This document shows, piece after piece, positions 34,334 to 42,206 of a stretch of DNA of 64,000 nucleotides. The notes under the pieces were generated by a model that was not told where the DNA came from, did not search any database, and saw only the letters and a program-made list of their open reading frames with translations. The stretch comes from Elusimicrobiota bacterium (GTDB lineage Bacteria; Elusimicrobiota; Elusimicrobia; UBA1565): contig JBAZKS010000020.1 in assembly GCA_041650695.1 (NCBI GenBank), positions 9,364 through 73,363 on the forward strand. Direction: 5' to 3'. The position numbers and the translations under genes are program-made. Each line of letters starts with the position of its first letter. The stretch's first letter is position 1.

Positions 34334-34869
34334 TCGTCCGCCTTCTCCATCTCCTCGACGATCGGTCCGGCGGCCGTCGCGCCTTGGGCCGAGGCGAGAT
34401 CATCCGAAGTCCTCCGCAGCCGGCCGGAGAGGACCTTGGCGAGGTGCGTCATGATCTCCACCCCTACGACCGGGTGGCGCGACAGGAGGCTGTCGAGTTT
34501 TGATCGGTAGAGCAGCAGCAAGGACGATCTCTCCACGGCCACGGCCGAGGCCGAACGGGGCATCTGCTCGAGCAGGGCCATCTCGCCGAAGAGCATGCCG
34601 GGGCCGAGGAGGGCCAGCCGGTGCGGTTTGCCGTCCTGCCCGGCCTTGCTCAACTCGACACGGCCGGTCTCCACGATGAAGAGGGCGCGGCCGATGTCGC
34701 CTTCGAGGAAGAGCGGCTCCCCCTCGTGGTACGTCCGGCTGTGCAGGGACTGCTGCAGGTAGCCGATCTCCCGGTCGCGCAGATCCTTGCAGACCGGGAG
34801 CGAGCGCAGAAAATCCCTGCGCTTGCGGAAGTGCGAATCCGTGAAGAAGTGTCTAAGCTCCTTCCACAC
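34330..34869 (-). CDS. Cyclic-nucleotide-binding domain protein (no DNA-binding domain)
   Basis: The cNMP-binding fold has FGEMALLEQMPRSASAVA and a GDIGRALFIVETGRVEL beta-roll. There is no HTH after it. Confidence 0.85.
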   Translation of the reverse strand: MWKELRHFFTDSHFRKRRDFLRSLPVCKDLRDREIGYLQQSLHSRTYHEGEPLFLEGDIGRALFIVETGRVELSKAGQDGKPHRLALLGPGMLFGEMALLEQMPRSASAVAVERSSLLLLYRSKLDSLLSRHPVVGVEIMTHLAKVLSGRLRRTSDDLASAQGATAAGPIVEEMEKADD

Positions 34870-34884
34870 GCTGGTTCGTGCGCC

Positions 34885-35145
34885 TCAGGAGTTCTTCCCG
34901 GAATCCTCGTAGGCCTTCTTGCCGGCCTGCCAGGCGGCCTGGACCTGATCCTTCTTGTGCTTGAACACCTCGCGCTCCTCATCGAGGAACTCGCGGGTCT
35001 TTTTCCGGTTCTCGTCGAGCCAGCCGCCGAGGCGGCGGCGGGTCTCCTCGCCGGAGCACGGGGCGAAGAGCAGGGCGAGGGCCGCACCGACGATCCCTCC
35101 AAACAGGAACGCTACCAGACTTTCTCCGTGATTGTGATCGGACAT
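34885..35145 (-). CDS. YtxH-domain protein
   Basis: AGGAGG SD before ATG 35145. It has a Gly-rich TM (LVAFLFGGIVGAALALLFAP) followed by a charged helical region, which is the typical YtxH layout. Track ORF 34885..35493 is over-extended. Confidence 0.75.
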   Translation of the reverse strand: MSDHNHGESLVAFLFGGIVGAALALLFAPCSGEETRRRLGGWLDENRKKTREFLDEEREVFKHKKDQVQAAWQAGKKAYEDSGKNS

Positions 35146-35153
35146 GGGACCTC

Positions 35154-35438
35154 CTATTCGAACTCTCGACGTGCACGGCGCCAGGACCAGATCCCGAAGG
35201 CCGCGCTCAGACCCAGCGCCAGGGTGCGCACCCAGTTCGAGCTCAGGGAACCGGCGAAATCGTGCAGCCTCCGCGTGGCGGAGCCCACGGTCTCGACTTG
35301 CTCGCGCGCGCGGTAGGCGAGGATTTCGACGGCTTCGGCGCTTCGCTTGACCTGCAGGAGCGCGACGGCCAGGAAGACGAACGCGGCCAGGTGCGTCAGG
35401 GTCAGGGTGACGAGGCAAACAGCGATCAATGTCTCCAT
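35154..35438 (-). CDS. DUF948-like small membrane protein
   Basis: An N-terminal TM plus coiled segment is present, and it is paired with a YtxH gene as commonly seen for DUF948. The assignment rests on architecture only. Confidence 0.55.
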   Translation of the reverse strand: METLIAVCLVTLTLTHLAAFVFLAVALLQVKRSAEAVEILAYRAREQVETVGSATRRLHDFAGSLSSNWVRTLALGLSAAFGIWSWRRARREFE

Positions 35439-35543
35439 GAGGCGCCTCTAGGACGGCGTCCCGGACTATATCTAAATTGTTCGGCAGCGTCAATCCATCA
35501 GGTAAATTGTTGGTAAATCGTCGACGGCTGGGCCTTTGGGCCC

Positions 35544-37139
35544 TTGCGCATGGGCCAAAGGACCTATTACCTTATTGATATGAGACCGTATCATCAAAAA
35601 CGATTGAACAATAATAACAATGAGGCGAGCTCCTCGCCCAAGCCGGCGGGAGACTCCCCGGAAGCGGATATCCCTGAACTCAAAGAGAAGGAGAAGGAGA
35701 AGAAGGGCGCGGGAGCGCCTTGGTATTCGGGTTCCGGCGCCGGTCCTTCCGGCGCAGTCCTCGGCTCGGGCAACGTGGTCCGCGTCGGGGCCAGCATGGC
35801 GCGGCCGGGGTTGCTCGGCTCGGGCCGGATCGCCGCGGCGCTCGCGCGGCTCTTCGGCGGGCCCTCCACCCTGCTCGGCGGCCTCTTCTCCTCGCAGTCC
35901 GGCGGGCCGCTCGTCCTGCTGGGCATGCTGCTGGGCGGCGGCCTGCTCGCCGCCGCGGGGCTCAAGCTCATGGGGGCGTTCTCCTTGCAGCAGCAGTCGA
36001 GCCTGCCCATGATCGCGGGGATGGACTCCTCGAACATCGTCATCGACAGGCCCAAGGACCGCTCGCTAGGGTATTTGGCCGCGGCCAACGAGGGCGAGAT
36101 CGCCTGGGACAAGGACGAGGCGGAGAAGAAGGACTCACCGGCCACCCAGGAGGAGACGCCTCAACCCGAGGTCCCGCCGGTGGAGCAGCCCAAGGTCGAG
36201 CCTCCCAAGTTCGAGATGCCGGACGTGAACAAGCTCATGAAGGGGGGCTTGAAGGCGGATGACTTCGTCAAGAAGATGACGCAGGACCCGGGGGCCCTGC
36301 ATGCGGGGGCCGGGCCGCGCATGAAGGACGGGGCGGGGTTCAACCTGCAGAAGACCTTCTCCAACGTCTCGGGGACCACCCTTGGCAAGACGAAGCGGGC
36401 CATGCGCCGCAACAAGCTGCCGCTGCGCTCCGGGCTCATGGGGAGGCTCAAGGGCAAGTCCGACCGCGCCATGGGACAGCTGAAGTTGGCGCGCAATATG
36501 TCCGCGTTCGGCGCGAAATCCACTCCGGACTCCACGGCGAGGCAGTACTCGACCGACGCGTTCGAACAGGGCAAGACCATCGGCGGGCAGCTGCAGGGGG
36601 TCGACGACGGCTCCGGCATCGTGGTCCCGGCCGGAGACGGCGCTCCGGGCGTGACGGATTCCGTCCCGGACGTCCCGCCCGGCACGAACGTGACTCCGTA
36701 TCAGTCCAACGTGGACGCGGCTAAAGCCTTGGATGACTCATCGGCCGGTCTCAAGAACATGGGCATGATGCTCATCGTCATGGGCCTGATGCTCATCGTG
36801 ATCGGCATCGGGCTGCTCAACTGCACGACCTTCCCCATCGGCCTGATGCTCATCGCCGCCGGCATGGCTCTCATCATGGTGGGGATGATGCTCATGGGCA
36901 TGTCCGCCAGCCAGGCCCAGGGAGCCAAGGACCAGGGCAAGAACGTCGAGCAAGGCTACGGCCAGCCGGACCAGGCCGACGCAATCGACGACTGCGCGGA
37001 GCAGGCCGCAGGCGGCGGAATCGTGTCCGAGGCGTGCAGGACCAGCGAGGTCCAGGAGGTGAACCAGAAGGCCTCCGACAACACCATCCAGCAGGATGTG
37101 GCGAACGAGAGGAACTCGAACTACACGCTCCAGGAATGA
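35544..37139 (+). CDS. Orphan membrane protein (no recognisable family)
   Basis: This is the only non-shadow frame here. It has an Asn/Lys/Glu-rich N-terminus, a Gly-rich TM around LVLLGMLLGGGLLAAAGL, a long polar middle, and Met/Ile/Leu-rich TM repeats near the C-terminus (MGMMLIVMGLMLIVIGIGLL, IGLMLIAAGMALIMVGMMLMGM). The start is ambiguous: TTG 35544, ATG 35550 or ATG 35580. Confidence 0.6.
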   Translation: MRMGQRTYYLIDMRPYHQKRLNNNNNEASSSPKPAGDSPEADIPELKEKEKEKKGAGAPWYSGSGAGPSGAVLGSGNVVRVGASMARPGLLGSGRIAAALARLFGGPSTLLGGLFSSQSGGPLVLLGMLLGGGLLAAAGLKLMGAFSLQQQSSLPMIAGMDSSNIVIDRPKDRSLGYLAAANEGEIAWDKDEAEKKDSPATQEETPQPEVPPVEQPKVEPPKFEMPDVNKLMKGGLKADDFVKKMTQDPGALHAGAGPRMKDGAGFNLQKTFSNVSGTTLGKTKRAMRRNKLPLRSGLMGRLKGKSDRAMGQLKLARNMSAFGAKSTPDSTARQYSTDAFEQGKTIGGQLQGVDDGSGIVVPAGDGAPGVTDSVPDVPPGTNVTPYQSNVDAAKALDDSSAGLKNMGMMLIVMGLMLIVIGIGLLNCTTFPIGLMLIAAGMALIMVGMMLMGMSASQAQGAKDQGKNVEQGYGQPDQADAIDDCAEQAAGGGIVSEACRTSEVQEVNQKASDNTIQQDVANERNSNYTLQE

Positions 37140-37155
37140 GGCGGATCGCCGCGCG

Positions 37156-37193
37156 CATGGTCCTGAGGCCGCACAGCCTCAGGACCATGTTTT
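37156..37193 (+). terminator. Rho-independent terminator (14-bp perfect stem, 6-nt loop, TTTT)
   Basis: CATGGTCCTGAGGC (37156-37169) pairs with GCCTCAGGACCATG (37176-37189), followed by TTTT (37190-37193). It overlaps the last codons of the convergent acyltransferase gene. Confidence 0.8.
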
Positions 37194-38081
37194 GTCTCCG
37201 AATACCCTGAGGATGCCCTTCACGAACCCGTAATTCAGGTCCATCCACCGGAGGTTCCAGAAGTCCTCGTACACGTGCCAGTGCTCGGGATGGGCGCCGA
37301 TGTACTTCTCCTGGACGCGCGCCAACGCCTCGGTGGCCCGGCGTATGGAGTCCGGACCGGGCTCGGCCCGCAGCAGCCCGTCCGAGACCACGCGGCAGCG
37401 CCCCCGCTCGCACAAGGAGAAGACGGGCAGGATGGGGGCTCCCGACTGCGCGGCCAGCTTCGCGGGCGCGTACGAGAGGCGCGCGGGAGCGCCGAAGAGC
37501 GCGTAGGCGGGCCGCCGGGACAGGAAGTTGACCATGGTCAGGCTCACGACGGTCTTGTTCCGGGTCAGGGCGTCGAGACAGTCCCACGAGGAGCGTCCCA
37601 CGCTCCTGAAATGCCTGGACCAGCCGAAGGGGAGGTGCGCGACGGTGCGCCTGTCCAGGATGGGGATGCAGCACTCGACGTCTCTCAGGAAGAGCGCCAT
37701 CAGGGTGTGGGCGAAGAGGCCGAAGTTCGAGATGGCGAGGATGACCCCGTTCCCCTCGGACCGGGCCTTCTCGAACAGGGGCAGGAACTCGAGGTCCACG
37801 TCCTCGCGGGCGAACGCGACGTCCTCCGGCCGGCAGAGCATGCTGATGAGCAGGCGCGAGTAGAGGGGGCGCGTTTCCTCCATGATGGAGCGCAGGCGCT
37901 CCGGAGAGGGGGGCTCCCCCCGATGCGTCAGGATGCGGCGATAGTTGGCCAGGATGATGCCGCGCCTCAGGGGATGCAGGAAGAACCCGAACCGCAGGAA
38001 CAGGGTCTCGACCCAGAATTCCAGCAGCCGCCGCGGCAGCCGCTGGGCGATCGCGACGCAGGCGCGGAACAGGAGTATCAA
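37179..38081 (-). CDS. LpxL/HtrB-type lysophospholipid (lipid A) acyltransferase family protein, catalytic dyad apparently substituted
   Basis: The TTG start at 38081 overlaps the upstream stop (TTGA). The family layout is present (N-terminal hydrophobic helix, GNGVILAISNFGLFAH, GAPILPVF, HPEHW). The usual H-x4-D/E position reads N-F-G-L-F-A by hand alignment. Confidence 0.7.
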   Translation of the reverse strand: MILLFRACVAIAQRLPRRLLEFWVETLFLRFGFFLHPLRRGIILANYRRILTHRGEPPSPERLRSIMEETRPLYSRLLISMLCRPEDVAFAREDVDLEFLPLFEKARSEGNGVILAISNFGLFAHTLMALFLRDVECCIPILDRRTVAHLPFGWSRHFRSVGRSSWDCLDALTRNKTVVSLTMVNFLSRRPAYALFGAPARLSYAPAKLAAQSGAPILPVFSLCERGRCRVVSDGLLRAEPGPDSIRRATEALARVQEKYIGAHPEHWHVYEDFWNLRWMDLNYGFVKGILRVFGDKTWS

Positions 38082-38542
38082 ACGCTTTCGCGCAGACGCG
38101 TCAGGGACCGCTTGAGCCCGTGGTCGTACATGAACCCGACCGGGAGGATGAGGCTGAACACCTCCAGCATCCTGTTCAGGAAGATGAGGACCAGAGACGC
38201 CGTCACACGGGTGGTATCCGTGTCGAGTTCCTCGAGCTGGAAGCGCAGCATCATCTGGAACGGATTGATCCAGCTCTCCGACTGGCCCCCGGCGAGTTCC
38301 ATGCTCTTGAGCGGGGACCACTCCGAGACGCGCCAGCGGAGCACGGGCTTGCCGCGGGCCGTCGTGAGGTCCACCTCGGTGCCCACGCCGACATCGGCCC
38401 CGCCGACGAGGATGCAGCGGAAGGCATCGTGCCGGTTGGCGAAGGCGTTCGTCAACTCCTGCCAGCATTCCGGCGAGCGGAGGCGTTCCCAGACCTCCCG
38501 GGGGCTCTTCTGGATGACGATGGCCGATTCCATCTTCCGCAT
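38078..38542 (-). CDS. SRPBCC (START/polyketide-cyclase-like) superfamily protein
   Basis: GGAGGA SD before ATG 38542. It is 154 aa with the typical start ESAIVIQKSPREVWERL, and the beta-sheet/long C-terminal helix pattern. This is the tail of track ORF 38078..39886. Confidence 0.6.
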   Translation of the reverse strand: MRKMESAIVIQKSPREVWERLRSPECWQELTNAFANRHDAFRCILVGGADVGVGTEVDLTTARGKPVLRWRVSEWSPLKSMELAGGQSESWINPFQMMLRFQLEELDTDTTRVTASLVLIFLNRMLEVFSLILPVGFMYDHGLKRSLTRLRESV

Positions 38543-38559
38543 AGCGGTATCCTCCGGCT

Positions 38560-39708
38560 TCAGCAGCCGATGGCCCTGGAGATCACGAGGCGCTGGATCT
38601 CCGAGGTGCCCTCTCCGATCTGGAGCAGTCTTTGGTCGCGGTAGAAGCGTTCGACGTCGAACTCCTTCATGAGCCCGTAGCCGCCGTGGATCTGCACGGC
38701 CTCGTCCGCCACCTCGCGGGCCAGCTCGGAACAGGTGAGTTTGGCCATGGCGGACTCCGTGGAGAAGGGCCGGCCCGTGTCCCTGAGCCAGCAGGCCTTG
38801 TACAGGAACGTGCGGGCGTGCTCGATGCGGGTGGCCATGTCGGCGAGCTTGAAGGCGGTGGCTTGGAAGCGGCAGATGGGCTGGCCGAACTGCTCGCGGG
38901 TCTTGGCGTACTCCAAGGCGGCCTCGTAGGCGCCCTGGGCGCAGCCGAGGCCCATGGCCGCGATGCTCAGGCGTCCGGAGTCCAGCGTCTTGAGCATCTG
39001 CTTGGAGCCGTCGCCGATCTTCCCGAGGAGGTTCGCCTCCGGGACGCGGCAGTCCTGGAAATACAGCTCGGCCGTGTTCGAGGCCCGCCACATCAGCTTC
39101 TTGTGCATGGTCTTGGCGGTGAAGCCGGGGGTCCCGGCCTCCACGATGAAGCAGGAGAACTCGGGCTTGCCGTCCTTCTGCTTGCCGGTCAGGGCCTGCA
39201 CGATCACCCCCGAGGTGATCGGCGTGGACCCGTTGGTGATGAAGATCTTGGAGCCGTTGAGGACCCAGCCGCCGTCCGCCTTCTCGGCCCGGGTCTTCGT
39301 GCCGCGGGAGTCGGAGCCCGCGCTGGGCTCGGTGAGTCCGAAGGCGAAGAGAGCCTCCCCGGAGCAGAGCTTCGGCAGGTGCTTGCGCTTGTGCTCCTCG
39401 GTGCCGAAGTAGAGCAGGGGCGCGATGCCGAGCGAGACTCCCGCCGCCACGGTCGCGGCCTGGGAGCCGTCCACCCGTGCCAGCTCTTCGACCGCGATGA
39501 CGTAGGAGAGGTAGTCCATCCCCTGGCCGCCGTATGCCTCGGGCACGATGATGCCGAAGACGCCGAGCTCCCCCATCTGGCGGGTGAGGTCCACCGAGAA
39601 GTCCTCGTGCTCCTCGAGGTCGTGCGCGGCCGGGCGGATCTTGGCCTGGGCGAACTTCCGCACGGTCTCGCGGATCATCTTCTGGTCGTCGCTCAGCTCG
39701 AAATCCAT
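38560..39708 (-). CDS. Acyl-CoA dehydrogenase
   Basis: AAGGAG SD before ATG 39708 (MDFELSDDQKMIRE). ACAD motifs GLTEPSAGSD and GGYGLMKEFDVERFYRDQRLLQIGEGTSEIQR are present. Confidence 0.93.
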   Translation of the reverse strand: MDFELSDDQKMIRETVRKFAQAKIRPAAHDLEEHEDFSVDLTRQMGELGVFGIIVPEAYGGQGMDYLSYVIAVEELARVDGSQAATVAAGVSLGIAPLLYFGTEEHKRKHLPKLCSGEALFAFGLTEPSAGSDSRGTKTRAEKADGGWVLNGSKIFITNGSTPITSGVIVQALTGKQKDGKPEFSCFIVEAGTPGFTAKTMHKKLMWRASNTAELYFQDCRVPEANLLGKIGDGSKQMLKTLDSGRLSIAAMGLGCAQGAYEAALEYAKTREQFGQPICRFQATAFKLADMATRIEHARTFLYKACWLRDTGRPFSTESAMAKLTCSELAREVADEAVQIHGGYGLMKEFDVERFYRDQRLLQIGEGTSEIQRLVISRAIGC

Positions 39709-39770
39709 GGAGTGCTCCTTCGGGCCGTATCTTAGCATTTAGCATTTTGCTAGAGTCGCTTCCGCTTCCC

Positions 39771-40247
39771 ATGACCCGGACCTCCGCGCACCGCTTCCTG
39801 CAGCCCGCCCTGGTTTCAGCCATTTTCTGCGCGGACCGGTGGACCAAGGTGTGGGCCGAGGGGTCGCTGGCCCCCGTCCGCTCCATCCGGGTGCTCCCCT
39901 TCTTCCACCTGACCTACGTGCAGAACACGGGAGCCGCCTGGGGCATGATGCAGGGGAGGAACGCGTTCCTCATCGGCTTCTCGGTGCTCCTCTTGGCCGC
40001 GCTCCTGTTCCTGAAGCGCCGCTGGCCCAAGACGAATTTCTGGAGCCACTACGGCCTCGTCCTGGTGGCCGGAGGGGCTCTGGGGAATCTCTACGACCGC
40101 ATCGTGTTCGGCTACGTGATCGACTTCCTGGACTTCCTGGTATGGCCGGTGTTCAACGTCGCCGACTCCTGCATCACCGTGGGCGCGTGCTGCCTGGCGT
40201 GGGGACTGCACCGTGCGGAAAAAGAAGAGGCGCGGCTAGAGGGGTAG
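39771..40247 (+). CDS. lspA: Signal peptidase II (lipoprotein signal peptidase)
   Basis: Motifs YVQNTGAAWG, FGYVIDFLDF and FNVADSCITVGA are present. ATG 39771 is preferred over TTG 39747. Confidence 0.9.
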   Translation: MTRTSAHRFLQPALVSAIFCADRWTKVWAEGSLAPVRSIRVLPFFHLTYVQNTGAAWGMMQGRNAFLIGFSVLLLAALLFLKRRWPKTNFWSHYGLVLVAGGALGNLYDRIVFGYVIDFLDFLVWPVFNVADSCITVGACCLAWGLHRAEKEEARLEG

Positions 40248-40262
40248 CCGCGCCTCGGATCG

Positions 40263-40424
40263 TCACATATTGTTGAAGTACGTCACGGCTCCGGTGGCCA
40301 GCGCGCCTCCGAGGATGCCGAGCAGCAGGGGGATGCCCAGCGCCCAGGCGAAGCAGCCGAAAGCGATCGCCCCGGCGAGCGCGCCTATGGCGATCTTCTT
40401 CCAGGGGATGTCCGGGCCCTTCTT
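40263..40424 (-). repeat. Paralogous 162-bp module encoding the shared C-terminal anchor (copy 1)
   Basis: It encodes 53 aa, of which roughly three quarters are identical to the module at 40862-41023 (hand alignment). Nucleotide similarity is visible along the whole module. Confidence 0.75.
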
Positions 40425-40757
40425 CTCCTCCGGCGCCGCCGGCTTCTTGTCCTCGCCCACGGTCGGGGTCTGTGCCGCCGACGCGGCCGTGACGGCCGGC
40501 CGCTGCGCGGCGGCCGGCGCGGCTCCGGTCTGCGTCAGGCCGAACTCCTGGGCCGCGGCATAGACGGCCGGGGCGTGCGAAGCGCCGCCGGCATAGCCCT
40601 TGCCGGAAAGCTCGGAGGTCGCCTCGGGAGAGAGAGCGTTCAGCGCCGTCCCCTGCATGGATCGTATCTTCCCGACGCGTTCGAGAGAGGCGCTCTCCGC
40701 TCCGACCGCCGCCCACGAAGGGACCGCGGCGATGAGGATGGTCGCGACAAGGATCAT
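40263..40757 (-). CDS. Secreted protein with conserved C-terminal two-helix anchor (paralogue A)
   Basis: Signal peptide MILVATILIAAVPSWAAVGA, then an Ala/Pro-rich region. The C-terminus is KKGPDIPWKKIAIGALAGAIAFGCFAWALGIPLLLGILGGALATGAVTYFNNM. Confidence 0.7.
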   Translation of the reverse strand: MILVATILIAAVPSWAAVGAESASLERVGKIRSMQGTALNALSPEATSELSGKGYAGGASHAPAVYAAAQEFGLTQTGAAPAAAQRPAVTAASAAQTPTVGEDKKPAAPEEKKGPDIPWKKIAIGALAGAIAFGCFAWALGIPLLLGILGGALATGAVTYFNNM

Positions 40758-40861
40758 AGCCCTACCCCCCGCACGGAACTACCCTGAGTATGGCGCGTCC
40801 CAAGTACGGGCTCCAGGTAAGAACGGCCCTGCACTCTTTGGGTCTAAAGACCTAGAGGGGA

Positions 40862-41023
40862 CTACTTGTTGATGTACCACGTGACCGCCCCGGTGGCGAG
40901 CGCGCCGAGCACGATCGCCATGCCGATGGGCCCGCCCAGCGCCCAGGCGAAAGCGCCGAAGCAGATGGCTCCGGCGAGCGCGCCGATGCCGATCTTCCGC
41001 CATGGGATGTCGTCGCCCTTCTT
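40862..41023 (-). repeat. Paralogous 162-bp module encoding the shared C-terminal anchor (copy 2)
   Basis: It encodes KKGDDIPWRKIGIGALAGAICFGAFAWALGGPIGMAIVLGALATGAVTWYINK, to be compared with copy 1. Confidence 0.75.
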
Positions 41024-42166
41024 GGCCGGCGCGGCTTCCTCCTTCTTGTCCGGAGCCACCGGCGGCGGCTCCTTCATGGCGAGGGAGGGGGTCGTCTCGG
41101 ACGCCGGGACCTGATCCAGAGAGGACTGCGGAGCGGGCTCCTTCTTGGGGAAGAGCGCGCGGCAGCGGTCCAGGAGCACGTCCTGGCGCCGGTCCGCGAT
41201 GTCCGCGCCGGACTTCATGCCCTCGGGCTTCTTCGCCTGGTCGGCCTCCTGCGAGACTCCCGCGGCGGTCCTGAGCTGGTCCATGGCCGGGACCTTGGGG
41301 ACGTCCGCTTCCGCGGGCCCGCTCTGGGTCTGGCGTTTGTCGCAGTAGGCCTTGAAGTAGGCGAGCAGGTCGTCGCGGGCCACGCCTTTCCCCTTGAGCG
41401 TGGCGTCGAGGTCCTTGAGGGCCGGGGAGGAGGGCTTGCCGTCGGTCACGAGGTAGTCGCTGACCCCGTCGAGGACGTCCTGGCGCATCTTGCCGATGAA
41501 GCCCGCGAGCGTCCCATCCTTGCGCATCTTGTCGATGGCCGCGGGCAGCTGCTCGGACTTCAGCTTGAGCTCGGCGACCATCTTCCTGAGAAGATGGCCG
41601 GCCACGGCCCGCTCCACCTTGTCGCTGAAGAGGGCGTCCGTTGCCTGGGCCAGGGGGTCCGTCTTGCCGGTATCGGCCTTGGGCGGCTCAGGCTTCTTCG
41701 GAGTCTCGGGCTTGCGGGGTTGCTGCGGCTTCCTGGGCTGCTGGGGCTTCTTCCCCGGGGTGAGCCGGACGTACAGGACCGACGTGGGGCTCGTGACCCT
41801 CGGCCGGACCGTGACCCTGGACTTTTTCCCGTCCTTCACGGTCCACACATCCTGGCCGTCCCATATCATCCGGTAAGGCGAGGGCACGGCGTCGTAGTCG
41901 ATGCGGTCGCCGTTCTGGCGCATGTTGCGGAAGTAGAAGAGGGGGACCGGGGTGTTGCGCTTCTGGTAGATGGTCCCGCCCTTGAACTTGTCGTTCGGGG
42001 GGGAGGTGTCGTAGGCGTAGCCCCAGAGCGTCTCGCCCGCGCCATCGGCATGGAAGTCGTCCCAGTCTCCCCACTGCGTCTCTTTGTTTTCCCAGGGGTA
42101 TTGGCCGGCGAGGGCGGGGGCCGCGAAGAACAGCGTCAGGAGGGCGGAAGAAAGCGTTTTGGGCAT
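40862..42166 (-). CDS. Secreted protein with conserved C-terminal two-helix anchor (paralogue B)
   Basis: ATG 42166 gives the signal peptide MPKTLSSALLTLFFAAPALAG. A Trp/Tyr/Asp-rich globular N-domain follows, then a KPQQPRKPQQPRKPETPKKPEPPK repeat linker, a helical middle, and the same C-terminal anchor as paralogue A. Confidence 0.7.
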   Translation of the reverse strand: MPKTLSSALLTLFFAAPALAGQYPWENKETQWGDWDDFHADGAGETLWGYAYDTSPPNDKFKGGTIYQKRNTPVPLFYFRNMRQNGDRIDYDAVPSPYRMIWDGQDVWTVKDGKKSRVTVRPRVTSPTSVLYVRLTPGKKPQQPRKPQQPRKPETPKKPEPPKADTGKTDPLAQATDALFSDKVERAVAGHLLRKMVAELKLKSEQLPAAIDKMRKDGTLAGFIGKMRQDVLDGVSDYLVTDGKPSSPALKDLDATLKGKGVARDDLLAYFKAYCDKRQTQSGPAEADVPKVPAMDQLRTAAGVSQEADQAKKPEGMKSGADIADRRQDVLLDRCRALFPKKEPAPQSSLDQVPASETTPSLAMKEPPPVAPDKKEEAAPAKKGDDIPWRKIGIGALAGAICFGAFAWALGGPIGMAIVLGALATGAVTWYINK

Positions 42167-42206
42167 GGGGATATTGTACCACGGTTTCTCCCGGAGTCTA
42201 CACATC

